From: a candidate division WOR-3 bacterium
GTDB taxonomy: Bacteria; Hydrothermota; Tepidihabitantia; Tepidihabitantales; Tepidihabitantaceae
Direction: 5' to 3'
DNA length: 64,000 bases
NCBI GenBank assembly: GCA_037441285.1
Contig: JBBISL010000003.1
Location: forward strand, 32,001-96,000
The position numbers and the translations under genes are program-made. How positions within the stretch are numbered: position 1 is the stretch's first letter; each line of letters opens with the position of its first letter. The notes beneath the pieces are model-generated. The model saw only the letters and a program-made list of their open reading frames with translations. It had not been told where the DNA came from and searched no databases. Of this stretch, positions 19,161 to 30,758 are shown in pieces.

Positions 19161-19816
19161 GGCGCGAGTTTTAACCCGAGCGTTTGTTCCAGTTCTGACT
19201 TTTTGATGTCTCCTTCCCGTAGAAGGCGGGGTGGATGCGTTGTCAGGTCGAGGATTGTTGAGGGGTTGCCGGAACCGATTTTTCCCGCATTAATCGCAAA
19301 GTCAACCTGGGCGACGAGTTCCGGGTTAAGTGCATTGAAGTCGTTGGTTGCCGGCTGACCATGGACATTGGCGCTCGTACCGGCAAGCGGTGCGCCAAGC
19401 CGGGACACGATTTCACGAAATATCGGGTTGTTGACCACTCTGATTCCGATGGTGTCTTTTCCCCCGGTTAAAATGTCGGGTGTTCGGAAAGAAGAGTAGA
19501 AGATTAAGGCGAGGGGCCCGGGTAGAAACCTTTCTGCGAGGAGGTGGGCAATATCCGGGATTTGTTTCACATAAGGGGTTGCCTGTTTTAGGGTATAACA
19601 GTGGATGAGGCAGGACTGTTGAATAGGGCGTTTTTTGATTTCATAGAGGCGCTGAATCGCATCTGGACAGCGGATATCGACACCGATGCCGTATACGGTT
19701 TCGGTGGGAAAGAGGAGGACACCGCCGTTTAAGAGATTTTTAACCACCCGGTCAATGAATTCATGGTCTTGTGCCCGATGAGAATCATAGTTGCCAGGTT
19801 TGACAATTTCTGCCAT
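19157..19816 (-). CDS. tsaC: L-threonylcarbamoyladenylate synthase (Sua5/YrdC)
   Basis: FPTETVYGIG, KKRP, PGPL, TSAN, PSTILD, LLREG. Confidence 0.92.
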   Translation of the reverse strand: MAEIVKPGNYDSHRAQDHEFIDRVVKNLLNGGVLLFPTETVYGIGVDIRCPDAIQRLYEIKKRPIQQSCLIHCYTLKQATPYVKQIPDIAHLLAERFLPGPLALIFYSSFRTPDILTGGKDTIGIRVVNNPIFREIVSRLGAPLAGTSANVHGQPATNDFNALNPELVAQVDFAINAGKIGSGNPSTILDLTTHPPRLLREGDIKKSELEQTLGLKLAP

Positions 19817-21733
19817 CTACAAAGCGGATGTGATTTCGGTGACCGTCAGGGTTTTATCACCCATCTTGACTTTATCACCGGGCTTTTTGCCGATGAGTTC
19901 CTGAGCAAGGGGAGATTGAAAGGAGATGATGCCGTTTTCCGGGTCTGCATCCCAGGGTCCGAGTATGGAAAACTCGTGATTTTTACCTTCTTCGTCCTGC
20001 AGTTTTACCCGAGAACCAATCTTCACGATGTCAGATTCAAACTTCTCCGGTTCGATAGGTTTTGCCCGGGAAAGGTCAGCGCGTAAACGGTTTATTTTTT
20101 CCATCAGGCGCGCCTGTTTCTCTTTTGCCGCTTTGTATTCATAATTTTCCGAAAGGTCGCCGAAACTGCGGGCGCGGGCGATTTCTTCTGCGGTGCGCGG
20201 CAGTTCCTCCTCGGTCAACTTTTTAAGTTCTGCCTTCGCTTTTTCGATGCCGGCAACCGTACTCCAGATGAATTTGGCTTCGGGCTCGGTTTTGAGTCCG
20301 GAAAATTGCTCAAAGAAGATAGTGCTGATTTCGTCCTGCTGGTACGGTTCTAAGATGCGAACGCGGCGGATGCGTTCCAACAGTTTTTCCGCCTCTTTTT
20401 CGGTGATTTCGGCTAATGTTTTGAGGATAATCTGGTACTTATTGTTTAGTAAGATTCTCTTTACCCGGTTGGTAATGGAGCGGTTTTTTTCGGTCTCAAG
20501 CAGGTCAAGGAGGCGGGTAAGAATCGGGCGATAGGAACCGATGGTTGTTTCGGCGAGGAAGAGGAATGGGTCAATATTGATGCGGTACGATGTCAGGGTC
20601 AATTCGACCAACATCTGATAGGTGGCTGGTTTTTCATCCCTTAGTTTTTTTAGGATGATGGTGCGGGTTGTGTTGTCCGGGGTGACGGGAAAGATACGGG
20701 CATAGAGCGTTTCCCAGTCGTCGGTCCGCTGGAGCATTATCTCTTTGAGTAGTTTTTTCCTTTCGGTAGTCGTGCGCAGGTTCTGAAAAGCCGCGATGAT
20801 ATCTTCGGGGCTCATGGTTGAGAGGCGGGAGTAGTCGAAACGCGGGGCAGAGGGGGCTTTTGTCGGGGAAGCGGACAAAACATCATCCGGTTTTTTCTCT
20901 TTATTAGGTTCATCGGTCCAGCGGTAGATGCGGTTAGGTCGGGTTTGAAGTTCGATGTGGGGATGCTGTAATAAACCACGCCGTGCCTTTTCCCAGAGAT
21001 TGGTGTAATTTTGCGTCTCAATAATGGGGGTCAAATATTTCTGAATGTCGGCGCCGGACATCCATTGACGGGTGTCCTTTAGTAAAAGGGCGATGACGGC
21101 AGCGGGGTCATCGGTGATGAGTTTTTTTAGATATTGCGGCTGTTTTTCCTGAAGGGCAAAAAAACCATCAGCCGCGGGAAAACTGAAAGCGCGGCTGGCG
21201 GTTGCAATGTCGAAGGTGGCTTCTTCCCCGGATTGAAATAAAATTGTAACCCGGTCGAACAACAGGTCGAGTTTTTTCACTTTACCCGGTCCACGCTGCG
21301 GGTCAAAGATTAATTTACCGGGTGCCAGTTTTATGTAACGGTCAAACTGGTCAAGCGCCTCAGAGAGCGGTTTCCCATAGCCCAAGCCGGATTTCTGGAG
21401 CATTTTTTCCAAAAGCGGTTCATCAGGATAGATTTTGTGCAGGCAGGTGGTAAGTTCGGTTGTTAATTTGCTGTCGTCGGGTGTAAGTCCGACAAGACGG
21501 CGCAAAACGACCAACTCATCCTGATACCGTTTCTGTTCTGTTAGGGCATCGGCAAGAACCCAGAGGAGGGGCGGCGTTTTTTCCGGTGCCCAACGCTGGA
21601 CAAGGTCAATAAGGTTGAGGAGCTCCTGGAACGGCAGGTTGAGTTGAAGCAGTTCCAGCCAGGTTGCCTCCATTTCGTCAAACTTCTTGGTTCCCAGCTG
21701 GATACGGAAAAGTTTTATCAGTTCTTCACTCAT
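19817..21733 (-). CDS. greA: Transcription elongation factor GreA with a long N-terminal extension
   Basis: C-terminal ARSFGDLSENYEYKAAKE...ISFQSPLAQELIGKK. Confidence 0.85.
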   Translation of the reverse strand: MSEELIKLFRIQLGTKKFDEMEATWLELLQLNLPFQELLNLIDLVQRWAPEKTPPLLWVLADALTEQKRYQDELVVLRRLVGLTPDDSKLTTELTTCLHKIYPDEPLLEKMLQKSGLGYGKPLSEALDQFDRYIKLAPGKLIFDPQRGPGKVKKLDLLFDRVTILFQSGEEATFDIATASRAFSFPAADGFFALQEKQPQYLKKLITDDPAAVIALLLKDTRQWMSGADIQKYLTPIIETQNYTNLWEKARRGLLQHPHIELQTRPNRIYRWTDEPNKEKKPDDVLSASPTKAPSAPRFDYSRLSTMSPEDIIAAFQNLRTTTERKKLLKEIMLQRTDDWETLYARIFPVTPDNTTRTIILKKLRDEKPATYQMLVELTLTSYRINIDPFLFLAETTIGSYRPILTRLLDLLETEKNRSITNRVKRILLNNKYQIILKTLAEITEKEAEKLLERIRRVRILEPYQQDEISTIFFEQFSGLKTEPEAKFIWSTVAGIEKAKAELKKLTEEELPRTAEEIARARSFGDLSENYEYKAAKEKQARLMEKINRLRADLSRAKPIEPEKFESDIVKIGSRVKLQDEEGKNHEFSILGPWDADPENGIISFQSPLAQELIGKKPGDKVKMGDKTLTVTEITSAL

Positions 21734-21889
21734 CTTGCCTCTTTTCTACCAGCATAGTGTCCAGGATGCTTTGGAGAAATGTGCGAGCTTCTTCCCCAAT
21801 ACATAGGTAAAAATTAGACTATTCACAATTTCTTTATAGTCAAGCAGGTTTTTCCTTGACCGGGGGAATACCGCGGATAGTTTTAATTG

Positions 21890-22382
21890 ATGAGTTTTAA
21901 AGAATTTCTTGTGCCGGTGGGAGTTGTAATTTGCGGGTTCCTCATCGGTTGGTTGTGCGAGATGGTGATAAGGCACTGGTTAAAAAGATTAGCCCGACGC
22001 ACGAAGTGGCAGGGAGACGATATTATAATCTATGCTTTCGAGGGGTGGATTGTTGTAGTGTTATGATAGTGACCTTGAAAAGGTGGAACAGGTTACGCTG
22101 GATGTGGCACGGAAGGTGATGAAGGAGGTGCCGGGTGGCGTTGCTGACGCTGAGCCGGTCATTCGGTTTCACACATTTGGGGAGTTCAGTATCAATTTCA
22201 CAGTATTTTTACGGGTGAAAGATGCGGTTTCTCAGTATCCGGTTAAGCATGAATTTATCAAGCGGCTTCATCACCGTTATCAGGAAGAGGGAATAGTCAT
22301 TCCGTTTCCGATTCGAACCGTACTCCGGCATCAGGTGCCAGACCGAAAGGAAAATTCGTTTGACAGAAATCAAATGGTTTAA
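21890..22382 (+). pseudogene. Internally deleted MscS mechanosensitive channel gene
   Basis: 58-codon N-terminal piece (21890-22066) abuts, out of frame, the MscS C-terminal domain (YDSDLEKVE...FGEFSINF...GIVIPFPIR). Confidence 0.75.
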
Positions 22383-22397
22383 TAATATGTAAAGTAT

Positions 22398-23960
22398 ATG
22401 AAAGTTAAACTTGCCGGTTACAACATCGATGCCGATTTGATTGACAGTTTGGTAAAGAACCGCCGGGTGGTGCCGACACCAGAAGTTATCGCCGCGGCTT
22501 ACGCCCGAATCAGTCGCAGTCAGAAGTCGATTGAGCAGTTGCGGAGCGAAGCACGCCGGGAGTTGAAAAAGGCACGCCAGTCCAATCGGACGATTGTGTT
22601 CGAAATGGGGCATCACTCAATCGCCGAGCATGCGGTTTTTAATTTTGATATCACCGAGGTTTCCCGGTTGGCGGTAGAGGCGATTGAACATCACCGGCTG
22701 GCTTCGTTTACTGAGCGTTCGCAGCGTTATGTTCAACTGGAAAATCAGTTTGTTGTTCCCGCCGAAATTCAGAATTCCGAATTCTTAGGGGACTATCTCA
22801 ACATCATCCGGCTTCAGAACGAAACCTATCACCGGCTGTTTGAGCGGTTGAAGGAGCATATTACCGCTACCAGGCCCGATTTGAAGGACGACCCGGGAAG
22901 GGTTGAGAATCTGGCAAAGGAGGATGCCCGATACATAACCAGTCTGGCAACTCAGACACAACTCGGGATGACGGTGAATGCTCGAACTCTGGAGTTGATG
23001 TTGCGCCGGCTCGCCGCAAATGAGTTGAGCGAGGTACGGGCGCTGGCAGAGGAGCTGTACCACCAGGTGGAGGCGGTTGCCCCTTCGCTTTTGATATTTA
23101 CCGGTCCAACCGATTATGAACGAAACACCTATCCGCGGTTGCGGGAGTTTGCCCGGACCTTTATGACCCGACCTTTTCCCCGCAGGCCGCGTAATCTGAT
23201 TGCAATGTCGGCATCAGATGTGACACTGGTTGACTATACCCAGAACGCCGACAACAAACTGCTTGCCTGTCTGATGCATTGTGCCTCCCAAGCCTCCTAT
23301 ATGGAATGTTTTTCCCGTTCGGAAAAGCAGACCCTGGCAAGGAAAAAGGAGATTTTCAAGCTGGCGTGCCAGGATTTACAGGCTTACGATGCGGTGCTGC
23401 GTGAGTTTGAGCATCTTTACCTGACATTTGAACTGGTCATTTCGGCTGCCTGTTTTGCCCAGTTAAAGCGCCATCGGCTTACAACAATTACCGTCCAGCC
23501 TTACGACCCGGATTTAGGCTGGACGATTCCAGTTTCGGTTGCGGAGTTAAAAGAGCACAAGAGTTTTAAAGAGGTACTCGCTCAGACCGAGGAAGTTTAT
23601 GATAAGATTGCGGCTTTCAATCCGCTGGTTGCCCAGTATGTTTTGACGAACTCTCATCAAAGGCGGGTACTAATTACGATGAACGCCCGGGAGTTGTACC
23701 ATCTGTCACGACTCCGTCAGGACCCTTCAGCCCAATGGGATATCAGAGATATCGTAGGTCGAATGGTTGAGCAGGCGCGCAATGTGATGCCCTTGACCTT
23801 GCTCCTTGCTGGGGGCAAAGAAGATTACCCCCGGGTTTATCAGGAGTTGTACGGTAAACCACCCCGGGTCACAAAGCTTGAACTGCCGCAAGAGCGGGAA
23901 ATCAACAATACCAGCAAAAATAGCCCAAAGCAGAACCGAAGGCAGAACCGTGAACATTAG
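22398..23960 (+). CDS. thyX: FAD-dependent thymidylate synthase with tandem ThyX domains
   Basis: GHHSIAEH, HHRLASFTERSQRY, KEDARY, NARTL; second domain KRHRLTT, NARELYH, AQWDIR. Confidence 0.88.
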   Translation: MKVKLAGYNIDADLIDSLVKNRRVVPTPEVIAAAYARISRSQKSIEQLRSEARRELKKARQSNRTIVFEMGHHSIAEHAVFNFDITEVSRLAVEAIEHHRLASFTERSQRYVQLENQFVVPAEIQNSEFLGDYLNIIRLQNETYHRLFERLKEHITATRPDLKDDPGRVENLAKEDARYITSLATQTQLGMTVNARTLELMLRRLAANELSEVRALAEELYHQVEAVAPSLLIFTGPTDYERNTYPRLREFARTFMTRPFPRRPRNLIAMSASDVTLVDYTQNADNKLLACLMHCASQASYMECFSRSEKQTLARKKEIFKLACQDLQAYDAVLREFEHLYLTFELVISAACFAQLKRHRLTTITVQPYDPDLGWTIPVSVAELKEHKSFKEVLAQTEEVYDKIAAFNPLVAQYVLTNSHQRRVLITMNARELYHLSRLRQDPSAQWDIRDIVGRMVEQARNVMPLTLLLAGGKEDYPRVYQELYGKPPRVTKLELPQEREINNTSKNSPKQNRRQNREH

Positions 23961-24297
23961 TAATAATCAAGAATTGAAAGAGGCGGTTAAACGGCGGGAG
24001 CCGGAACTGGTTATTATTGACCCTAATTTGATAAAGCGGGTGCGTTTGTTCCTCGGATTGCGGCAGGCGGCAAATATACTGGTTTTTGTAATTCTTGCGG
24101 TGGCGATATTTATGTGGGCGAACCCATTCCGAGTCCAATTTTTTGAGGCAAACAGCGGTCGGCTTTTGCGCCAGATACTTTTGGGGATTGGCATACTGTT
24201 GTTGTTCGCCGATTACCTGATGCCGGTTGCCCGTTATTATAAAATAGGTCGCTATGAAGAAGGTCGATTACAACTGGCTTTGAGAAAGCCAAAATAG
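23950..24297 (+). CDS. Hypothetical 2-TM membrane protein
   Basis: GTG start overlapping the end of thyX; two hydrophobic helices. Confidence 0.55.
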   Translation: MNISNNQELKEAVKRREPELVIIDPNLIKRVRLFLGLRQAANILVFVILAVAIFMWANPFRVQFFEANSGRLLRQILLGIGILLLFADYLMPVARYYKIGRYEEGRLQLALRKPK

Positions 24298-24302
24298 GAG
24301 GT

Positions 24303-26069
24303 TTGATGCGTTGTTTAACCTTCTTCTTTTTCCCGGTGCTGGTCTGGGCGCAGTTAAACTATCTGCCAGCCAGTAACGGTTTTTACAATAATCCGGCACT
24401 TGAAGAAGGGCGGACCGAACTTGAGTTTGCCGACATCAACAATGATGGCAATGTTGACATCCTTTCGATTGGGGACCACGGCAGTCCTTATGTTAACACT
24501 CAGGAGCACGGAGTTATGGTCTGGTTCGGTGATGGCGAGGGCAACTGGTCGCTCTATCAGTACGGAAATTTTGGTTACGGCGGGATTGCGGTGGGCGATG
24601 CGAACTGGGATGGAAACTGGGATGTTGGTTACGGGATGCATCACAACTATTCCGGGGAAGACTTGGGCGATGATATGCTGGAGGTGGCATTAGGTGATGG
24701 AACGGGCAGGATGTGGTATGCCTGGGATGACAGTCTGGTGCGGGGTGGCACGGTCTGGGGGATGTTTAATACCGACTTTGCCGATGTTAACCACGATGGA
24801 CTCTTGGATGTGGGTGCGTGTTCGTTTGGTTACGGTGTTGGTTTGCGGGTTTTTCTCAATCTTGGTAATGGTACCTGGCGGAAAAGTTTTGGTTTACCGG
24901 AAAGCAGTAACTGTGATATGGAGTTTTATTTCCGGGATGTTAATCGGGATGGCAACCTTGATATCATCTGTGCGGTTGCTGGTCCAGCGGTCTATTTTGG
25001 TGACGGAACCGGTAACTTTTATCCAGGTGATTCGGGACTGCCACGCTCCAATTACGGGTTGTCAGGGATTTCCCCGGGTGATGTTGATAACGATGGCGGA
25101 GATGACATTGCGTTCGTGAATAATAGCAGTGGGATAGAGGTATGGCGCTGGAATAGTACGCTGCGGGTCTGGCAGAACTTTTCCGGAAATCTTCCTGTCA
25201 CCGACTCTTTTTATGCAACGCAACTGGTTGATATGAACCGGGATGGGTTTGTAGACCTTTTGGGGTTACAGAAATGGGCGGTCAAAATCTGGGCGGGTGA
25301 TGGTCAGGGGAACTGGACCGAGATGGCTAATGTGCCCCTTAATCGGGTAACAGATTATGGGGCATTTCGGGCTGGAGCCGATTTTGACCATAATGGCTAT
25401 CCCGACTTTGCAGTGGTTGTTGAGCAGGGGACCTGGCCCAGTTATAAAAACTATGCCTATGCCTTTCGAGAGTCGAGTCCCAGGGAGAGTTTACGAATTT
25501 TCCCGGTGTTTCCTCGGGGTGGTGAAAGATTCTGGCAGGGTACGGTGCAGTTTATTGACTGGTGGAGCGAAGCGCCCGGGGCTGAGTCAAGTCGGGTGAG
25601 ACTGGAACTTTCCACAACCGGTTCAGGCGGACCCTGGAGGTTGATTGCCGACAGTTTGCCCAATGCCGGCAGGTTTCAGTGGCTGGTGCCAGAAAGCATC
25701 AGTTCCAATAACTGCTTCATAAAATATACGGTATTCAAGGCGGGCGAAGCGTACGCGGCGGTTACGGCTCGTCCTTTCTTCATCGGAGATCCGACCGGCA
25801 TAGAACAAAGGTCGGTTTTAATTACGGTTGGCGAAGGGATAAAAATCCGGTCCAATCCAGTAAACAGGTATATACGGGTCGAGTTCGGTTCTGCGGTTGC
25901 GGCCGGAAAAAAGGTAATGTTGTGCGACCACAGTGGTCGAGTAATCAAAGAATTTACCGTTTCGGCAGGCAGGCCCGAGACGACGCTTGACATCAGGGAG
26001 TTGGGTGCCGGAGTCTATTTTGTCAATGTTGAAGGCACCAGACCTGCCAAGTTTGTTGTCGTAAAATAG
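24303..26069 (+). CDS. Secreted FG-GAP/VCBS repeat protein with an Ig-like domain and T9SS-type C-terminal domain
   Basis: Repeated ADINNDGNVDI, GDANWDGNWDV, DVNHDGLLDV, DMNRDGFVDL; tail LDIRELGAGVYFV...KFVVVK. Confidence 0.85.
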   Translation: MMRCLTFFFFPVLVWAQLNYLPASNGFYNNPALEEGRTELEFADINNDGNVDILSIGDHGSPYVNTQEHGVMVWFGDGEGNWSLYQYGNFGYGGIAVGDANWDGNWDVGYGMHHNYSGEDLGDDMLEVALGDGTGRMWYAWDDSLVRGGTVWGMFNTDFADVNHDGLLDVGACSFGYGVGLRVFLNLGNGTWRKSFGLPESSNCDMEFYFRDVNRDGNLDIICAVAGPAVYFGDGTGNFYPGDSGLPRSNYGLSGISPGDVDNDGGDDIAFVNNSSGIEVWRWNSTLRVWQNFSGNLPVTDSFYATQLVDMNRDGFVDLLGLQKWAVKIWAGDGQGNWTEMANVPLNRVTDYGAFRAGADFDHNGYPDFAVVVEQGTWPSYKNYAYAFRESSPRESLRIFPVFPRGGERFWQGTVQFIDWWSEAPGAESSRVRLELSTTGSGGPWRLIADSLPNAGRFQWLVPESISSNNCFIKYTVFKAGEAYAAVTARPFFIGDPTGIEQRSVLITVGEGIKIRSNPVNRYIRVEFGSAVAAGKKVMLCDHSGRVIKEFTVSAGRPETTLDIRELGAGVYFVNVEGTRPAKFVVVK

Positions 26070-26083
26070 TAAAAGGAGGAAGT

Positions 26084-26932
26084 ATGCAAAAAATGTTCGT
26101 GCTAACGCTCGGGCTGCTTTTTATCCTGGGCGCAGTGGGCTGTCACAAACAGGATGTGGAGAAGGACAAGGCGGCGATAAAAGCGCTGGTTGAGCAGGAT
26201 ACGGTGCACTTTTCCGCCAGCACGAGCCATGATTCCACTTCTGGTGGGGGTTATTTTACCGCCGGTGATACCGCGGTTTTCTGGTGGCGGGGACCCCAGA
26301 CGCACGATCAACCGGTAATTGATGTTAAAATCGTGGAAGATTCAGCCTATGTTCAATGGTCAAGGCACAACTTTGGGGAAATTCACATACTCGTCCAGCC
26401 GCCGGACACCAGTCTGCTACTCTGGAATAAACCACTGAAAGAAACTGCACGCCTCTGTGCAATATTTAAACGGGAAGGAAAAGAGACCGACACCGACCGG
26501 GGTTGGCGTTTGAAGAAAATTTCGCTTGCCATTGGAGCGTCTGACTCAGTCCAGACGGTGCGAATTGATTCGTTCCGGGTGCAGAGTTCGTTGCGGGAAC
26601 TGGTGGTCAAAGACCCGTTAGGAACATTTTTCCCGATTGATAGTCTGTTTTCCTTTACCCCAGGTGAACAGGTTACGGTTACCCTATACACCAACGCTAC
26701 TGATGGATTGGCGTTTTTGCACACCTTTGTTCTAATCTGGCCCTTCTATATCAGGGTGCCGTTCAATTATCTGGGCGATGGTGTATTCCAGGGAACCTGG
26801 CAGGCGCAACTTGTGCCAACCTTCCGGTTTGCGATTTTTGACCTGATGCCCCGCTCGGTTATTTATTCGCCCGACTATCCCTATGACTTTCACGGCTGGC
26901 TTTTCTGTTATCAGGTGAAGACTGCGGAGTAA
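26084..26932 (+). CDS. Hypothetical lipoprotein
   Basis: Lipobox-like AVGC after a hydrophobic signal; SD AGGAGG. Confidence 0.7.
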   Translation: MQKMFVLTLGLLFILGAVGCHKQDVEKDKAAIKALVEQDTVHFSASTSHDSTSGGGYFTAGDTAVFWWRGPQTHDQPVIDVKIVEDSAYVQWSRHNFGEIHILVQPPDTSLLLWNKPLKETARLCAIFKREGKETDTDRGWRLKKISLAIGASDSVQTVRIDSFRVQSSLRELVVKDPLGTFFPIDSLFSFTPGEQVTVTLYTNATDGLAFLHTFVLIWPFYIRVPFNYLGDGVFQGTWQAQLVPTFRFAIFDLMPRSVIYSPDYPYDFHGWLFCYQVKTAE

Positions 26933-26949
26933 GGCATTGCACAGTTCTC

Positions 26950-26981
26950 GGGGGAGCCAATTCGGCTCCCCCTTTGTTTTT
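26950..26981 (+). terminator. Rho-independent terminator
   Basis: GGGGGAGCC-AATTC-GGCTCCCCC followed by TTTGTTTTT. Confidence 0.88.
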
Positions 26982-27064
26982 ACTCAAGATGAGGAGGCTT
27001 TTTATAAATAACAGAGACAGAACATTCCGATTATAATTCTCAAACATACACTGCATTTGGGAAA

Positions 27065-27136
27065 GGGGTAAATTTCCCCATAGAACGGCGAACTTTTCTC
27101 CGATTTTATTGACACGCGTGATGGGAAGGTTATAAT
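27065..27136 (+). promoter_or_regulatory. Sigma70 promoter of gdhA with an upstream palindromic site
   Basis: TTGACA 27109-27114, 16 nt, TATAAT 27131-27136; GGGGTAAATTTCCCC at 27065-27079. Confidence 0.7.
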
Positions 27137-27168
27137 ACAACTCCGGTTGTTTACCCCGGAGAGCGTAA

Positions 27169-28560
<1,392 letters not shown>

Positions 28561-28574
28561 AAATAGCCTTACTC

Positions 28575-28610
28575 AAGGGTGCCTCGGTTATTACAGGGGC
28601 ACCCTTTTTA
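28575..28610 (+). terminator. Rho-independent terminator
   Basis: AAGGGTGCCTC...GGGGCACCCTT followed by a T run. Confidence 0.82.
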
Positions 28611-28706
28611 TTTCTTATTTTAAATCGGGTACCTGGTGCAAACTTGACTGGGCAATATTTCTTGGTAGAACTATTGAAGTGAAAATTAATGGAAAAAGGA
28701 GGCGGA

Positions 28707-29801
28707 ATGCATTGTGAATTGGACCGTAATGTTCTGGCTGAGGTGCTAAACAGTATTGTCCAAATAATTCCGGCCAAAACCACATTCCCGATATATCAGA
28801 ATATTTTGCTGGAGGTGGCTGATGGAGAACTGGCAGTAACCGGTTCGGATGGTGATACGGCTCTTAAAAAGATGGTTCGACTGGAAGGGAAGAGCAGTGA
28901 AGGTGCAACGTTGGTGCGAGGCCGAGAGCTAAACACTTTAATCCAGGAAAGTACCGGTTCAACAGTTGTCCTGGAAGAGGACGGCAAGACTTTGAAGGTT
29001 GCCTGCGGCCGGATGAAGGCGTCGTTTGTTCATTTCCCGCCAGAGGACTTTCCATCTTTTCCCACCCTGCCGGAAGACAACGAATTAGAGTTTCCTGCCA
29101 CGGCGCTGTTTGAAATGTTCAACGGTTGTAATTTTGCCGTTAGCAAGGATGAAAACCGGCCGGCGCTGACGGGGATAAACTGGGAGATTTCTAAGAATGA
29201 GTCACGGATGGTTGCCACCGACAGTTTCCGGCTGGCGCTGATAAGTCGGAAGGTTAAATCGGCAGGTAAGGCAAAACTGCTGGTTAGCCCCAAGGTTTTT
29301 GCGCTATTACCCCAGGGCGTAGAAAAGGTTGTGGTGCGTTTTGACCCTAAGAACATAGGGTTTGTTGCCGAAAATACGATGCTGGTGACAAGAATGATTG
29401 AAGGGCCCTACCCTGATTACGAAAGGATTATCCCCAAGGATAATCCGCATAAGGCGGTTGTAAATCGGGATGGGTTGCTGGCGGTAGTGCGGCGCGGGGT
29501 AGTGATTTCCCAGGGAATCGGCAGGCCGATAGGCTTAGAGTTCCAGAACAATTCAATCACGATGCGAGCCGAAAATCCGGAACTGGGAAAGATTGAGGAA
29601 CCACTGGATTGTCAATACGAAGGTGAAGAGATGCGAATCGGGTTTAATGGCAACTATTTCCTGGATATAATTAAACAAATTGCAACCGAAGAAGTCCGAA
29701 TTGAATTTTCCAGTCCTATGGCACCGGTTTTCCTGAAACCAGCCGAGCAAAAACCGGATGGCGAAGACCTGTTCATTTTAATGCCAATTCGGCTCGAATA
29801 G
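28707..29801 (+). CDS. dnaN: DNA polymerase III beta sliding clamp
   Basis: RPALTGI, MVATDSFRLA, EGPYPDYERIIP, IGFNGNYFLD, ILMPIRL. Confidence 0.93.
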   Translation: MHCELDRNVLAEVLNSIVQIIPAKTTFPIYQNILLEVADGELAVTGSDGDTALKKMVRLEGKSSEGATLVRGRELNTLIQESTGSTVVLEEDGKTLKVACGRMKASFVHFPPEDFPSFPTLPEDNELEFPATALFEMFNGCNFAVSKDENRPALTGINWEISKNESRMVATDSFRLALISRKVKSAGKAKLLVSPKVFALLPQGVEKVVVRFDPKNIGFVAENTMLVTRMIEGPYPDYERIIPKDNPHKAVVNRDGLLAVVRRGVVISQGIGRPIGLEFQNNSITMRAENPELGKIEEPLDCQYEGEEMRIGFNGNYFLDIIKQIATEEVRIEFSSPMAPVFLKPAEQKPDGEDLFILMPIRLE

Positions 29802-29807
29802 GTCTCG

Positions 29808-30650
29808 ATGAAATTGCCAATAATGGGTTTGGGGCGAAGTTCGGTTGCCTTTTTCTCTCTCTTTTTAATACTGCTGGTAATTACTGGCTGCCGTCGTCTT
29901 GACCCGAACTATTCGGAGCCAATGGTGAATGGTTATCTGTACCGGGGGGAGTATTACGACTATTCGGTTGAATATGAGCGCTATGTACAGGTGTTTGACC
30001 CAAGGGGTTTGCGGATGGTGCCGATTGTAACGCTGAATGAGGAGAGGCTGGATGTGTTGTCTTACAGCTGGACAAGGTATGAGTATGGCGATACGATGGA
30101 GTTCAGCGTCAACTACCCTTACGAGCTACGGGTTGTGCATTACTGGGGTAACGCCCAATCCCGGGTAACGATGCCGGGAAACTTTTCGCTTACCAGTCCA
30201 CCGGAAAGGTACATTCTGGATATGGATTCAACTTTGGTTATATCCTGGACCAGGTCGGAAGGAGCGGAGTGGTATTGGGTGGAACTTGATGTTTCCTATG
30301 AGTATCGTGATACACTGGGCATTGAGAACGATTATGACCTGCGGCTCGATACGATGGTTCAGGACACATTTTTGATTGTTTCTCCGGGGAAAATTTTCCC
30401 CGGTTTCGTGGCGGATGTGATTGAAGGTGATGGGAGTGCAATGGTCTGGTCGGGTTGTGGTCCGGCGATAGAACCGGGAGACCAGGGAAATGTTCGGGGT
30501 GCCGGATTTGGGTTTTTTAATGCGATAAATGAACCAAGAGAAAAGTATTTCTATGTTGGGGCACCAATTCAGGTTCGACGCTGTCCGGATCGGCGCACAG
30601 TAACAAATCAGTTTCTTGAAAAACTGCGCAACCGGATTATGCCGTATTGA
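29808..30650 (+). CDS. Hypothetical lipoprotein
   Basis: Lipobox-like ITGC; C-terminal GNVRGAGFGFFNA. Confidence 0.65.
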   Translation: MKLPIMGLGRSSVAFFSLFLILLVITGCRRLDPNYSEPMVNGYLYRGEYYDYSVEYERYVQVFDPRGLRMVPIVTLNEERLDVLSYSWTRYEYGDTMEFSVNYPYELRVVHYWGNAQSRVTMPGNFSLTSPPERYILDMDSTLVISWTRSEGAEWYWVELDVSYEYRDTLGIENDYDLRLDTMVQDTFLIVSPGKIFPGFVADVIEGDGSAMVWSGCGPAIEPGDQGNVRGAGFGFFNAINEPREKYFYVGAPIQVRRCPDRRTVTNQFLEKLRNRIMPY

Positions 30651-30675
30651 CATTTAAACCCCTTAAGGATATAAT
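30647..30675 (+). promoter_or_regulatory. Consensus sigma70 promoter for ssrA
   Basis: TTGACA-17 nt-TATAAT. Confidence 0.85.
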
Positions 30676-30758
30676 AATTCAGGTAGAAGAGAGATTATGG
30701 GAACGCGCTGGTCAGGTGTGCCCCTTTTGTCAGCGGAGCCAAAAGTACACGGGAAAAC

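Noticed and set aside
30700..30758. SRP RNA or riboswitch upstream of ssrA
   Set aside because: GTCAGG is present but the SRP GNRA loop/AGCAG motif is not, and no riboswitch consensus was recognised
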